A DNA stretch of 36,903 nt from contig JAZKDV010000162.1 of the NCBI GenBank assembly GCA_040387395.1, forward strand, positions 1 through 36,903. The letters run 5' to 3'. Position 1 is the stretch's first letter. Each line of letters opens with the position of its first letter. Below, one piece after another: positions 25,854-33,558 of the stretch. The notes under the pieces were generated by a model. The model was not told where the DNA came from and did no database searches. It worked only from the letters and a program-made list of their open reading frames with translations. The translations under genes were made by a program, and so were the position numbers. Source of the DNA: Pseudomonadota bacterium. GTDB lineage: Bacteria; Pseudomonadota; Alphaproteobacteria; Micropepsales; Micropepsaceae.

Positions 25854-26447
25854 TCAGCGGAATTTTGGGCCTGTGACCCAGACGACCATCGACCTGCGCG
25901 TGCCGGACGTCACCGGCGTCACCCGGTGCAGGACATGCGAGGGAAAGGCGATGGCCGAGCCCCGCTCGCGCGGCGCGTCTTCCACCTTGTTGCCGGCATT
26001 GAACTGCAGGTCGCATCCTTCATAGGACGCGGCCTCGCTGAGCTGCACCGTCATGGAAAGCTTGCGCCGCACATGCAGCGGGCCCTGATCGACATGCCAG
26101 TCGTAATGGCCGCCCGCCGCGCCGTCATAGACGGTGTATTGAAAATGTTCGGAGAAGCCCGTGAGATCATATTGATAGGACTGGTCGTTGAGAGCCCGCG
26201 TCACGCCCTGCATGCGGTTGTAGATCCACTTGGTCTCGGCATTCTGCTCGATCCAGGCGGTGCGCGTGATACGGACCTTGTCATGCTCCGTGGTCTGCTC
26301 GTCTTCCGGAACGCCCAGAAGATTGGCCCGCTCGGGCATCAGCCCGTCACCATAGGATTCGATCCGGTCCATTTCGCCGGACGAGAAGGCATTCGCCCAG
26401 GAGACGAAGGTCTGCGTCGAGTCCTGATTTTCGCCCCCCCGGGTCAT
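25854..26447 (-). CDS. 2OG-Fe(II) oxygenase, paralog B
   Basis: FQYTVY..GGHYDWHVD, RKLSMTVQLS, FPSHVLHRVTPVTSGTRRSMVVW; ATG overlaps the upstream TGA. Confidence 0.9.
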   Translation of the reverse strand: MTRGGENQDSTQTFVSWANAFSSGEMDRIESYGDGLMPERANLLGVPEDEQTTEHDKVRITRTAWIEQNAETKWIYNRMQGVTRALNDQSYQYDLTGFSEHFQYTVYDGAAGGHYDWHVDQGPLHVRRKLSMTVQLSEAASYEGCDLQFNAGNKVEDAPRERGSAIAFPSHVLHRVTPVTSGTRRSMVVWVTGPKFR

Positions 26448-27034
26448 CAGAGAAACTTTGGTCCGGTGGTCCAGACCACCAGCGACCTTCGCGTGCCTGA
26501 TAGCACCGGCGTTACGCGGTGCAGGACATAAGAGGGAAAGGCGACGACGGTCCCACGCGCGCGCGGCGCGACCTCGACATTGCCGCCGGCGCAGAATTGC
26601 AGGTCGCAGCCCTGATACTCGGACGGATCGCTGAGCTGCACCGTCATGGAGAGCTTGCGCGGCACTTGGAGCGGCCCGTGATCGACATGCCAGTCATAAT
26701 GCCCCCCTTCGCTGCCATGGTACACCGTGTACTGGAAATTCTCGGAAAAGCCGCGCAGGTCATATTGATAGGTCTGGTCGTTCAGCGCTTGGGCCACGCC
26801 CTGCATGCGGTCGAACAGCCATTTGGTGTCGGCATTGGGCTCGATCCAGGCGGTATGGGTGATGCGCAGGCGGTCGGCGGCGGCGGTCATGTCGCCCTGC
26901 GCGGTGCCCGCGAGCTGCACCCGCTCCGGCATCAGGCTGTCGCCATAGGCCACGATCCGGTCCACTTCCGCGGGCGTGAAGGCATCCGCCCAGGCGGTAA
27001 AGGTCAGCGTGGAGAGGCGGGTTTCTTCGTTCAT
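26447..27034 (-). CDS. 2OG-Fe(II) oxygenase, paralog A
   Basis: FQYTVY..GGHYDWHVD, RKLSMTVQLSD, FPSYVLHRVTPVLSGTRRSLVVW. Confidence 0.9.
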   Translation of the reverse strand: MNEETRLSTLTFTAWADAFTPAEVDRIVAYGDSLMPERVQLAGTAQGDMTAAADRLRITHTAWIEPNADTKWLFDRMQGVAQALNDQTYQYDLRGFSENFQYTVYHGSEGGHYDWHVDHGPLQVPRKLSMTVQLSDPSEYQGCDLQFCAGGNVEVAPRARGTVVAFPSYVLHRVTPVLSGTRRSLVVWTTGPKFL

Positions 27035-27172
27035 GGGCTGCGGAAAATAGGGCCTTGATTGGCCTTAGTCCATCGGCGCGCACCGTTACGCAGATGCGAA
27101 ACGCAAACCGCCCATGCCCCTGCCGCACAGCAGGCAATGCGGGAACTGTGTAAGCTCGCCCTTGAGGGACGC

Positions 27173-28432
27173 ATGCAGCAACGCACCATCTTCGGACGGC
27201 ATTACGCCCTGGCCGTGGTCGCCGTGATCTTCGTGGCGCTGCTGGCGGCGGCGGGGCTGCGCTCCACCCCCGGCGTCTTGATGGTGCCGTGGGAAGAAGC
27301 GTTCGGCTGGTCGCGCGGGGTGATCAGCTTCGCCGCCGCTTGCGGCATTTTCCTGTTCGGCCTGACGGGGCCTTTTGCGGCCGCCGCCATGCAGCGGTTC
27401 GGGATCCGCGCCACCGTGATCGTGGCGCTGGGCATGATGAGCCTGTCCAGCTTCGTCAGCCTGTTCATGACGGCGCCGTGGCAGCTGATCGTCACCTGGG
27501 GCCTGGTCTCGGGCATCGCCTCGGGCTGCATCACCAATGTGCTGTCGGCCACCATCGTCAATCGCTGGTTCGTCACCAATCGCGGACTGGTGATGGGCCT
27601 GTTCGCCGCCTCAACTTCCACCGGCACGCTGATTTTCTTTCCCGGCTTGTCGGCCATCGCGCAGGCGGGCGGCTGGCAGCCGGTGGTGCTGTGCGTGGCG
27701 CTGGCCATGCTGGTGCTGATCCCGCTGGTGTATTTCCTGCTGCCCGAATGGCCGGCCGATGTCGGGCAGGTTCCGTTCGGCGCCGATCCCGATCACCCGC
27801 CGGAAATCCGCGACACCGGCAATCCTTTGAAAACCGCCTTCGCCGCATTGGGTGAAGGGGCGCGCAGCCGCGATTTCTGGCTGCTGTCGGCGACCTTCTT
27901 TGTCTGCGGCTTCACCACCAACGGGCTGGTGGGCACCCACATGATCGCGCTGTGCCATGATTACGGCATGACGGTGGTGGCGGCGGGCAGCCTGCTGGCC
28001 ATCATGGGCGTGTTCGATCTGGTCGGCACCACGGCGTCGGGCTGGCTGACCGATCGCTATGATCCGAGGAAATTGCTGTTCGCCTATTACGGCCTGCGCG
28101 GCCTGTCGCTGATCTATCTGCCCTTCGCCGATTTCAGTTTCTTCGGCCTGTCGCTGTTCGCGGTGTTCTACGGCCTGGACTGGATCGCCACCGTGCCGCC
28201 CACCCTGGCCATCGCCAACCAGCGCTTCGGCATCAAGAAGGCGCCCATCCTGTTCGGCTGGATTTCCGCCAGCCACCAGATCGGGGCGGCCTCGGCCGCC
28301 TTCCTGGCCGGGGTATCGCGCACCGGCTCCGGCTCCTACCTCCAGGCGTTCGTGTTCGCCGGCTTTGTGGCGGTGCTGGCGGCCTTCCTGTCGCTGATGA
28401 TCCAGCGCGCGCCCAAGACGCAAGCCGCCTAG
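27173..28432 (+). CDS. Major facilitator superfamily transporter
   Basis: About 12 hydrophobic helices; FGWSR, NRWF...RGL..G, GWLTDRYD.R motifs; GAGGG RBS before ATG 27173. Confidence 0.92.
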   Translation: MQQRTIFGRHYALAVVAVIFVALLAAAGLRSTPGVLMVPWEEAFGWSRGVISFAAACGIFLFGLTGPFAAAAMQRFGIRATVIVALGMMSLSSFVSLFMTAPWQLIVTWGLVSGIASGCITNVLSATIVNRWFVTNRGLVMGLFAASTSTGTLIFFPGLSAIAQAGGWQPVVLCVALAMLVLIPLVYFLLPEWPADVGQVPFGADPDHPPEIRDTGNPLKTAFAALGEGARSRDFWLLSATFFVCGFTTNGLVGTHMIALCHDYGMTVVAAGSLLAIMGVFDLVGTTASGWLTDRYDPRKLLFAYYGLRGLSLIYLPFADFSFFGLSLFAVFYGLDWIATVPPTLAIANQRFGIKKAPILFGWISASHQIGAASAAFLAGVSRTGSGSYLQAFVFAGFVAVLAAFLSLMIQRAPKTQAA

Positions 28433-28445
28433 CAGGCCAATTAAG

Positions 28446-28548
28446 CCCGGCAATTGCTGCCCATAGGCGGCCGAACACTGTTCGGCATCACCGTAAGCAG
28501 TTGTTATAGATAGGCTATTTTTCGAGGGACGGCGGCACGGTTCTGGCA
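28446..28548 (+). promoter_or_regulatory. Sigma-54 promoter of flgI with ftr-like enhancer and IHF-like site
   Basis: CCCGGCAATTGCTGCCC (28446-62, ftr-like), palindrome GCCGAACA-C-TGTTCGGC (28470-86), IHF-like TAACAACTGCTTA on minus strand (28494-506), CGGCACGGTTCTGGCA GG-N10-GC (28533-48). Confidence 0.7.
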
Positions 28549-28582
28549 AAGACATGCGCGAACATAAAGGCAGAAGCCGAAC

Positions 28583-29713
28583 ATGCGCCGCGCACCTTAT
28601 TATCTCCGCCTCGCCGCCCTCGCCGTGGGAATAGCCATTGCGGCTGCCCCCATGCCTGTCCTGGCCTTCAGCCGGGTCAAGGATCTGATCGAGGTGCAGG
28701 GCATCCGCGACAACATGCTGGTCGGCTATGGCCTGGTCGTGGGCCTGAACGGCACCGGCGACAGCCTGAAGAACGCGCCTTTCACCCAGCAGAGCATCCA
28801 GACCATGCTGGAGCGGCTGGGCGTCAACACCCGCGGCCAGGTGATGCAGACCAAGAACGTCGCCGCCGTGATGGTGACCGCCAGCCTTCCCGCCTTCGCC
28901 TCCCCCGGCACCCGCATCGACGTTTCGGTGTCGGCGATGGGCGACGCCAAGAACCTGCAGGGCGGTACCTTGCTGGTGACGCCGCTGTTCGGCGCCGACG
29001 GCCAGACCTATGCGCTGGGCCAGGGCCCGGTGGCGATCGGCGGCTTCTCCGCCCAGGGTGACGCCGGCAGCGTGACGCGCGGCGTTCCCACCGCGGGCCG
29101 CATCTCCAACGGCGCGATCGTGGAAAAGGACACCGGCTTCCAGCTCGCCGGCCTCAGCTCGCTGAAGCTGTCGCTGCACAATCCCGATCTCACCACCGCC
29201 ACCCGCATCGCCAAGGCGGTCAACGCCTATCTGGGCGGCGGCAATGCCAAGGCCATCGATCCGTCCAATGTCGAACTGGCCGTGCCCGCCAACTATCCCG
29301 GCGGCGTGATGGCGCTGCTGACCGACATCGAGCAGGTCAAGGTCGATCCCGACCAGCAGGCCAAGGTCATCATCGACGAGAATAGCGGCGTGATCGTGAT
29401 GGGCGCGGATGTGCGTATCTCCACCGTGGCTATCGCCCAGGGCAACCTGACCATCAAGGTCACCGAGACCCCACAGGTCAGCCAGCCTTCGCCCTTCTCC
29501 CAGACCGGCGACACCGCCGTCGTGCCGCGCACCAACATCCAGATCGACGACAGCAAGGGCAACAAGATGACCGTGCTGAAGGAAGGCGTGTCGCTGCAGC
29601 ATGTGGTGGACGGGCTGAATGCGCTGGGCGTCGGCCCGCGCGACGTCATCTCCATCCTCCAGGCCATCAAGGCCGCCGGCGCCTTGCAGGCCGATATCCA
29701 GATCATCGGTTAA
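28583..29713 (+). CDS. flgI: Flagellar P-ring protein FlgI
   Basis: RVKDL..VQGIRDN.LVGYGLVVGLNGTGD, KNVAAVMVTA.LP, GGTLLVTPL, ILQAIKAAGALQA. Confidence 0.97.
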   Translation: MRRAPYYLRLAALAVGIAIAAAPMPVLAFSRVKDLIEVQGIRDNMLVGYGLVVGLNGTGDSLKNAPFTQQSIQTMLERLGVNTRGQVMQTKNVAAVMVTASLPAFASPGTRIDVSVSAMGDAKNLQGGTLLVTPLFGADGQTYALGQGPVAIGGFSAQGDAGSVTRGVPTAGRISNGAIVEKDTGFQLAGLSSLKLSLHNPDLTTATRIAKAVNAYLGGGNAKAIDPSNVELAVPANYPGGVMALLTDIEQVKVDPDQQAKVIIDENSGVIVMGADVRISTVAIAQGNLTIKVTETPQVSQPSPFSQTGDTAVVPRTNIQIDDSKGNKMTVLKEGVSLQHVVDGLNALGVGPRDVISILQAIKAAGALQADIQIIG

Positions 29714-29724
29714 GGGAGGGGACC

Positions 29725-30045
29725 ATGGAAGCCAGTGCTCAAAGCGCCATGTTCCAGGCCCAGCAGCCGGCGCTGCCCACGCGGCCCAGCGGCATCATGG
29801 ATCCGGCCAAGGCGGCCCACGCCGCCAAGGAATATGAAAGCGTCTTCATCTCCCAGTTCCTGGGTGCGATGTTCTCCGGCATCAAGTCCGACGGCATGTT
29901 CGGCGGCGGTCAGGGCGAGGAAATGTTCCGCTCGATGATGGTAGATCAGTATGCCAAGGGCTTGCAGTCGCGCGGCGGCTTCGGCCTGGCCAGCGCCATG
30001 CAGGCCGAACTTCTCAAGCATCAGCAGGCGCCGGTGGCGCCATGA
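29725..30045 (+). CDS. flgJ: Short rod-binding FlgJ-like protein without muramidase domain
   Basis: AAKEYESVFISQFL..MF, FGGGQGEEMFRSMM.DQYAK, GGFGLA; directly after flgI. Confidence 0.82.
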   Translation: MEASAQSAMFQAQQPALPTRPSGIMDPAKAAHAAKEYESVFISQFLGAMFSGIKSDGMFGGGQGEEMFRSMMVDQYAKGLQSRGGFGLASAMQAELLKHQQAPVAP

Positions 30046-30476
30046 GCGACGCCGCTGTTCAGGACGGGCCCCGCATCGAACGCCTGATCTCCATGGCCGA
30101 GCGGCTGATCGTGGCGCTGGAAAGCGACATCGCGGCGCTGAAAGACGGACGTCCCGACTCGCTGATCACCGCCGATCCAGAAATCCAGAAACTCACCGCG
30201 CTTTACGGACGCGAAGCCCAGGGCTTCGATCCGCGCATCGCCCAGGCCGCGCCGCCGAGCCTGCGCCAGCGCTTTATCGCCATCACCGCCAAGTTCCGCG
30301 AGGTGTTGCAGATGCACGCCCGCATGCTGACACGCGTCAAGAATGCCAGCGAAGGCATGGTTAAAGCCATTGCCGCCGAAGTCGATCGCGCCAATGCGCC
30401 GACCCGCACGTATGGGCCGAGGCCCGGTTATGCGCCGCAGGCTTCGGGCGCGATGATCTTTAATAAAGTCATTTAA
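30042..30476 (+). CDS. flbY: FlbY / FlgN-like flagellar export chaperone
   Basis: Small all-helical protein coupled to flgJ; SEGMVKAIAAEV...TYG C-terminal motif; flgI-flgJ-flbY order as in Caulobacter. Confidence 0.6.
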   Translation: MSDAAVQDGPRIERLISMAERLIVALESDIAALKDGRPDSLITADPEIQKLTALYGREAQGFDPRIAQAAPPSLRQRFIAITAKFREVLQMHARMLTRVKNASEGMVKAIAAEVDRANAPTRTYGPRPGYAPQASGAMIFNKVI

Positions 30477-30479
30477 CTG

Positions 30480-30572
30480 CCCCCTCCGGTTTCAGCTTTC
30501 TCTCGGCTCGCTATCGCTCGCCTCGAACGCTGAAACCACCTCCCCCTTCATGCGCTACGCGCAAGGGGGAGG
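30480..30572. repeat. CIR/RIME-like palindromic intergenic element
   Basis: CCCCCTCC-GGTTTCAGC...GCTGAAACC-ACCTCCCCCTT...AAGGGGGAGG: two adjacent stem-loops. Confidence 0.6.
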
Positions 30573-30616
30573 CGGACCTGTACTTGCTCAAACAAGATGG
30601 ATTTAGAATGCCTACC

Positions 30617-30717
30617 CGGCGCGAGAGATTTCGTGGCGTGGGCAGGAGCGTCGCGCGGAGCGTGCGAATAGCACGTGAGCACGCGCGACGAACCCACGAC
30701 GCGAAAGATCCGCGCCG
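30617..30717. repeat. About 100-nt imperfect palindrome, RPE-like
   Basis: Nested pairing CGGCGCG/CGCGCCG, TTTCGTGGCGTGGG/CCCACGACGCGAAA, CGTCGCGCG/CGCGCGACG, CGTGC/GCACG around GAATA. Confidence 0.65.
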
Positions 30718-33450
30718 TTAGCCGCCGAGGAGAGAGGCGGCGAGATTGTATTGCGCCAGCATCGACGTCTGGTACGACGACGCCTGGCCGCTATTGTTGC
30801 CGATGGTTGGCACGCCCGGCGGCTTGTTGGTGGTCTGATAGGTGCTCTGCAGCGCGGACAGCACGCCCAGCAATTGCGAGCGCGCCGCGTTGGCGCCGGT
30901 GCGGGTGGAAATATCCAGGGTGCCTGCGAAGCCCAATCCATACGTCGGCGTGATGCCGGAGTCTTCGGCCTTGGCGGTCTTGCCGTCCTTGGCCGGCGCG
31001 GTCAGCACGCCCGGTTCGATGCCCAGCCGGCCCAGCGCGTCGAAATCCTTGGGACCTGAGAGCAGCGTGATGGTGTGGCCGGGATTGACGGCGAGCTTCA
31101 GGTTGGAGGCGCCGCCGGTATAGTTGGTCTTGGCCTTGCCGATGCCGCCGATCTGGGCGTTGATCTTGGTGGCCAGCGAGTCAAACGTCTCGCCCTTGTC
31201 AATGGTGATGGTGGCGGTGCGGGGGGCCGTGCCTTCGATGCGAATCTTGAAACTGTCACCGGCGCGCAAGGTGGTCTGCGCGGTCAGGTCCACCGACTGG
31301 CTGAGATTGATGGTGCCGCGCGGCAGGCCCAGCGCATCCAGGACGCTCGACCCTTGCGTGTCGATGGCGATGCCGGCGCCGCTGGAGACGCCGCCCGCGC
31401 CGCCGAACTGTTTGGTCCATTTGACGGTGCCGTCGCTGTTCAGCGCCGTGGCGAACGCATTGTTGACGTTCTGGATGTTGCGCGTGGCGCCCGCGAAGGT
31501 GCCGGTGGTGGAGCCGGTGACATAGATCGTGCCGTCACCCGCGACCGTGACCGCGCCCGCCGTGTCGGTGGTGGCAGTGCCGATATAGCTGACCTTGTCC
31601 GGCGTGGCGGTGGCGCCATTGTCGGTCAGGCTGAAGACGAAGGCATCCATGCCGCCGCTGGCGCTGGCGGCGATGCTGGCGCTGCCGCTCGCGGTCAGGT
31701 TGGCGTTGCTGGTGGTGCCGGAGAGATAGACCTTGCCGCCCGACACCGCGAGGCCGCCGATGCCGCCGCCCGCCGCCAGGTCGCCCAGGTCCTGCGACCA
31801 GAGCGGCGCGGAAGTGATATCGCCGCCGGCATATTTCGCCACGATGGCGCGGCCGTTCTGCACGCTGGCGACATACAGGCTGCCATCGGCGCTGGTGGCG
31901 GTGGCCGCGACACTGTCGCTGCCGCTGGTGCCGAACTGGGTGTCCGACAGCAGCTTGCCCTTGGAATCGAACTTGGCGAGGAAGGCGTCGCCCTTGCCCT
32001 GCGCGACTTCGCCCGAGCCGATCACGCCGCCCGAAACGCTGCCGCCGATATAGATATTGCCGCTGGCATCGACACTGACAGTGTTGGACTGGTTGGTCGC
32101 CAGGGTCTGGATCTGCTTGATCCAGCTCTGCTCGCCACTGGCGGTATAGCGCGCGACAAAGGCGTCATTGTTGCCGTTGGAGATCGAAGTGGTGGTGAGC
32201 TGGGCGGTGGAAGCGCCGGTGACCACCACGCCGCCCGACGGGTCCAGCGCCAGGGCATAGCCATTGGCGCTGCCGGCGCTGCCCAGAAGCTTCTGCCACA
32301 CCACGCGGCCAGCGGAATCATACTTGGTCAGATAGGAATCCTGCGATCCCTGGTTGAGCTGGTTGGCGAAATCGCCGGTGGCGTTGCCGATGACATAGAT
32401 GTTGCCGCTGGCGTCCACCGCACTGGCCTTGGCCGTGGTGGTGCCGCCGGTCGAGCTCTGGTTGACGCTGAAAGTGGCGGTGGGGGTGCCGTCGAGGCCC
32501 GACAATTTGGTGAGGCGCCCGGTCTGGTCGGCCGCAGTGGTGGTCACTGCCGACGTGACAGCGTTGGTGGTGGTGTTGGTTTCGGTGGCGCTGCCCGAAT
32601 TGCCCACCAGATAAAGCGACGGGCTGGCCGTGGCCGAGAGGCTGACCTGTTCGGTGCCGCCCGGCGTGATCTTGAGGCCATAGGTGGCCAGGGCGCTGCT
32701 GGTCTGGGTTTCGCCCTGCACCGTCTTCTGGAACCGGGTGGAGAAACCGCCCGCCGACAGTTGCTCGTTCACGTAAGAGACGATGTTGCTGAGGTTCAGC
32801 GTGCCCGAAACCTGGGAGAGATCGATCGCGACATTGGTGGTGACGCCGCCCTTCTTCACTGCGATGGTGAAGCTGTCGGAGGCCGACAGGCCTTGCAGCG
32901 GGTCGTTCACCCGCGAATTGGTGACGAATTTCTTGGTTTCATAAGTGAAACTGCTGAAGGCGACGCCGGCGGTGGAGGTCACCGAATCCGACGGCTTGGT
33001 GGCTTGCAGGTTGAAATTGTTGAAGTCGGTGGAGCCGAGATACTTCTGCACCTGCTCAAGGCCGGCCTGGAAGCGCGTGTTCAATCCGCCGAGCTGGCCG
33101 CTGGTCGCGGCCGGGCGCTGCGCCATCTTGGAAATATAGGCCAGCGTGTTCACCGCGCTGTAGAGCGCAAAGAGTTTCTGGTTGTCCTGCTCCATCTTGG
33201 AGTCTTTGGTCGCGCCGGGCGACAGCGGTACCTTCGACGTATCCAGGAAGTTCGTGGTGGAAAGAACCTTGGCGTCCTGCTTGGCGTCGGTCTTGGTGAT
33301 GATGTTCCAGGGCGGCTCGCTGGTCGGCTTCTTCTGCAGCGCCTGCATCTGGGCCACGCGCGCATTGCCCGCGGCGAGCGCCGACGGACTCCCATTGCGT
33401 TGCGCCTGGTAGAAACCCAGCAGCACGGACATGTCCAAGCCATTGACCAT
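30718..33450 (-). CDS. FlaEY-like flagellar protein with central SBBP-type beta-propeller repeats
   Basis: No Sec signal; helical N and C termini (QKLFALYSAVNTL; RSQLLGVLSALQSTY...LAQYNLA); Ser/Thr/Gly-rich; repeats AVDASGNIYVIG / DAFVARY..SG...W.KQ; flagellar context and CtrA box. Confidence 0.65.
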   Translation of the reverse strand: MVNGLDMSVLLGFYQAQRNGSPSALAAGNARVAQMQALQKKPTSEPPWNIITKTDAKQDAKVLSTTNFLDTSKVPLSPGATKDSKMEQDNQKLFALYSAVNTLAYISKMAQRPAATSGQLGGLNTRFQAGLEQVQKYLGSTDFNNFNLQATKPSDSVTSTAGVAFSSFTYETKKFVTNSRVNDPLQGLSASDSFTIAVKKGGVTTNVAIDLSQVSGTLNLSNIVSYVNEQLSAGGFSTRFQKTVQGETQTSSALATYGLKITPGGTEQVSLSATASPSLYLVGNSGSATETNTTTNAVTSAVTTTAADQTGRLTKLSGLDGTPTATFSVNQSSTGGTTTAKASAVDASGNIYVIGNATGDFANQLNQGSQDSYLTKYDSAGRVVWQKLLGSAGSANGYALALDPSGGVVVTGASTAQLTTTSISNGNNDAFVARYTASGEQSWIKQIQTLATNQSNTVSVDASGNIYIGGSVSGGVIGSGEVAQGKGDAFLAKFDSKGKLLSDTQFGTSGSDSVAATATSADGSLYVASVQNGRAIVAKYAGGDITSAPLWSQDLGDLAAGGGIGGLAVSGGKVYLSGTTSNANLTASGSASIAASASGGMDAFVFSLTDNGATATPDKVSYIGTATTDTAGAVTVAGDGTIYVTGSTTGTFAGATRNIQNVNNAFATALNSDGTVKWTKQFGGAGGVSSGAGIAIDTQGSSVLDALGLPRGTINLSQSVDLTAQTTLRAGDSFKIRIEGTAPRTATITIDKGETFDSLATKINAQIGGIGKAKTNYTGGASNLKLAVNPGHTITLLSGPKDFDALGRLGIEPGVLTAPAKDGKTAKAEDSGITPTYGLGFAGTLDISTRTGANAARSQLLGVLSALQSTYQTTNKPPGVPTIGNNSGQASSYQTSMLAQYNLAASLLGG

Positions 33451-33473
33451 GCGCGAAATTTCGCATTTGCGGC

Positions 33474-33489
33474 GTTAAGGCAGGGCTAA
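33474..33489 (-). promoter_or_regulatory. CtrA-binding site for the FlaEY-like gene
   Basis: Minus strand TTAG-CCCTGCC-TTAAC (1 mismatch); core ends 24 nt before ATG 33450. Confidence 0.6.
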
Positions 33490-33519
33490 CGTCAACCGTA
33501 AAAGCCCTGGAAAACACGC

Positions 33520-33535
33520 TTAACGACGCCTTAAC
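33520..33535 (+). promoter_or_regulatory. CtrA-binding site (perfect consensus) for the FlmG-like gene
   Basis: TTAA-CGACGCC-TTAAC; core ends 24 nt before ATG 33559. Confidence 0.8.
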
Positions 33536-33558
33536 GCACCGCCCGCCAGACTGCGGAT

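Noticed and set aside
25849-26016. N-terminal extension of paralog C in the ORF track
   Set aside because: Overlaps paralog B in another frame; alignment with paralogs supports ATG 25848.
22122-27034. Oxygenase array as a prophage remnant
   Set aside because: Similar oxygenases occur in phages, but there are no phage structural, integrase or replication genes and composition looks host-like.
27611-29602. 663-aa minus-strand ORF
   Set aside because: Antisense to the MFS gene and flgI and crosses the flgI promoter; no domain signal.
31075-33489. 804-aa plus-strand ORF
   Set aside because: Antisense shadow of the FlaEY-like gene.
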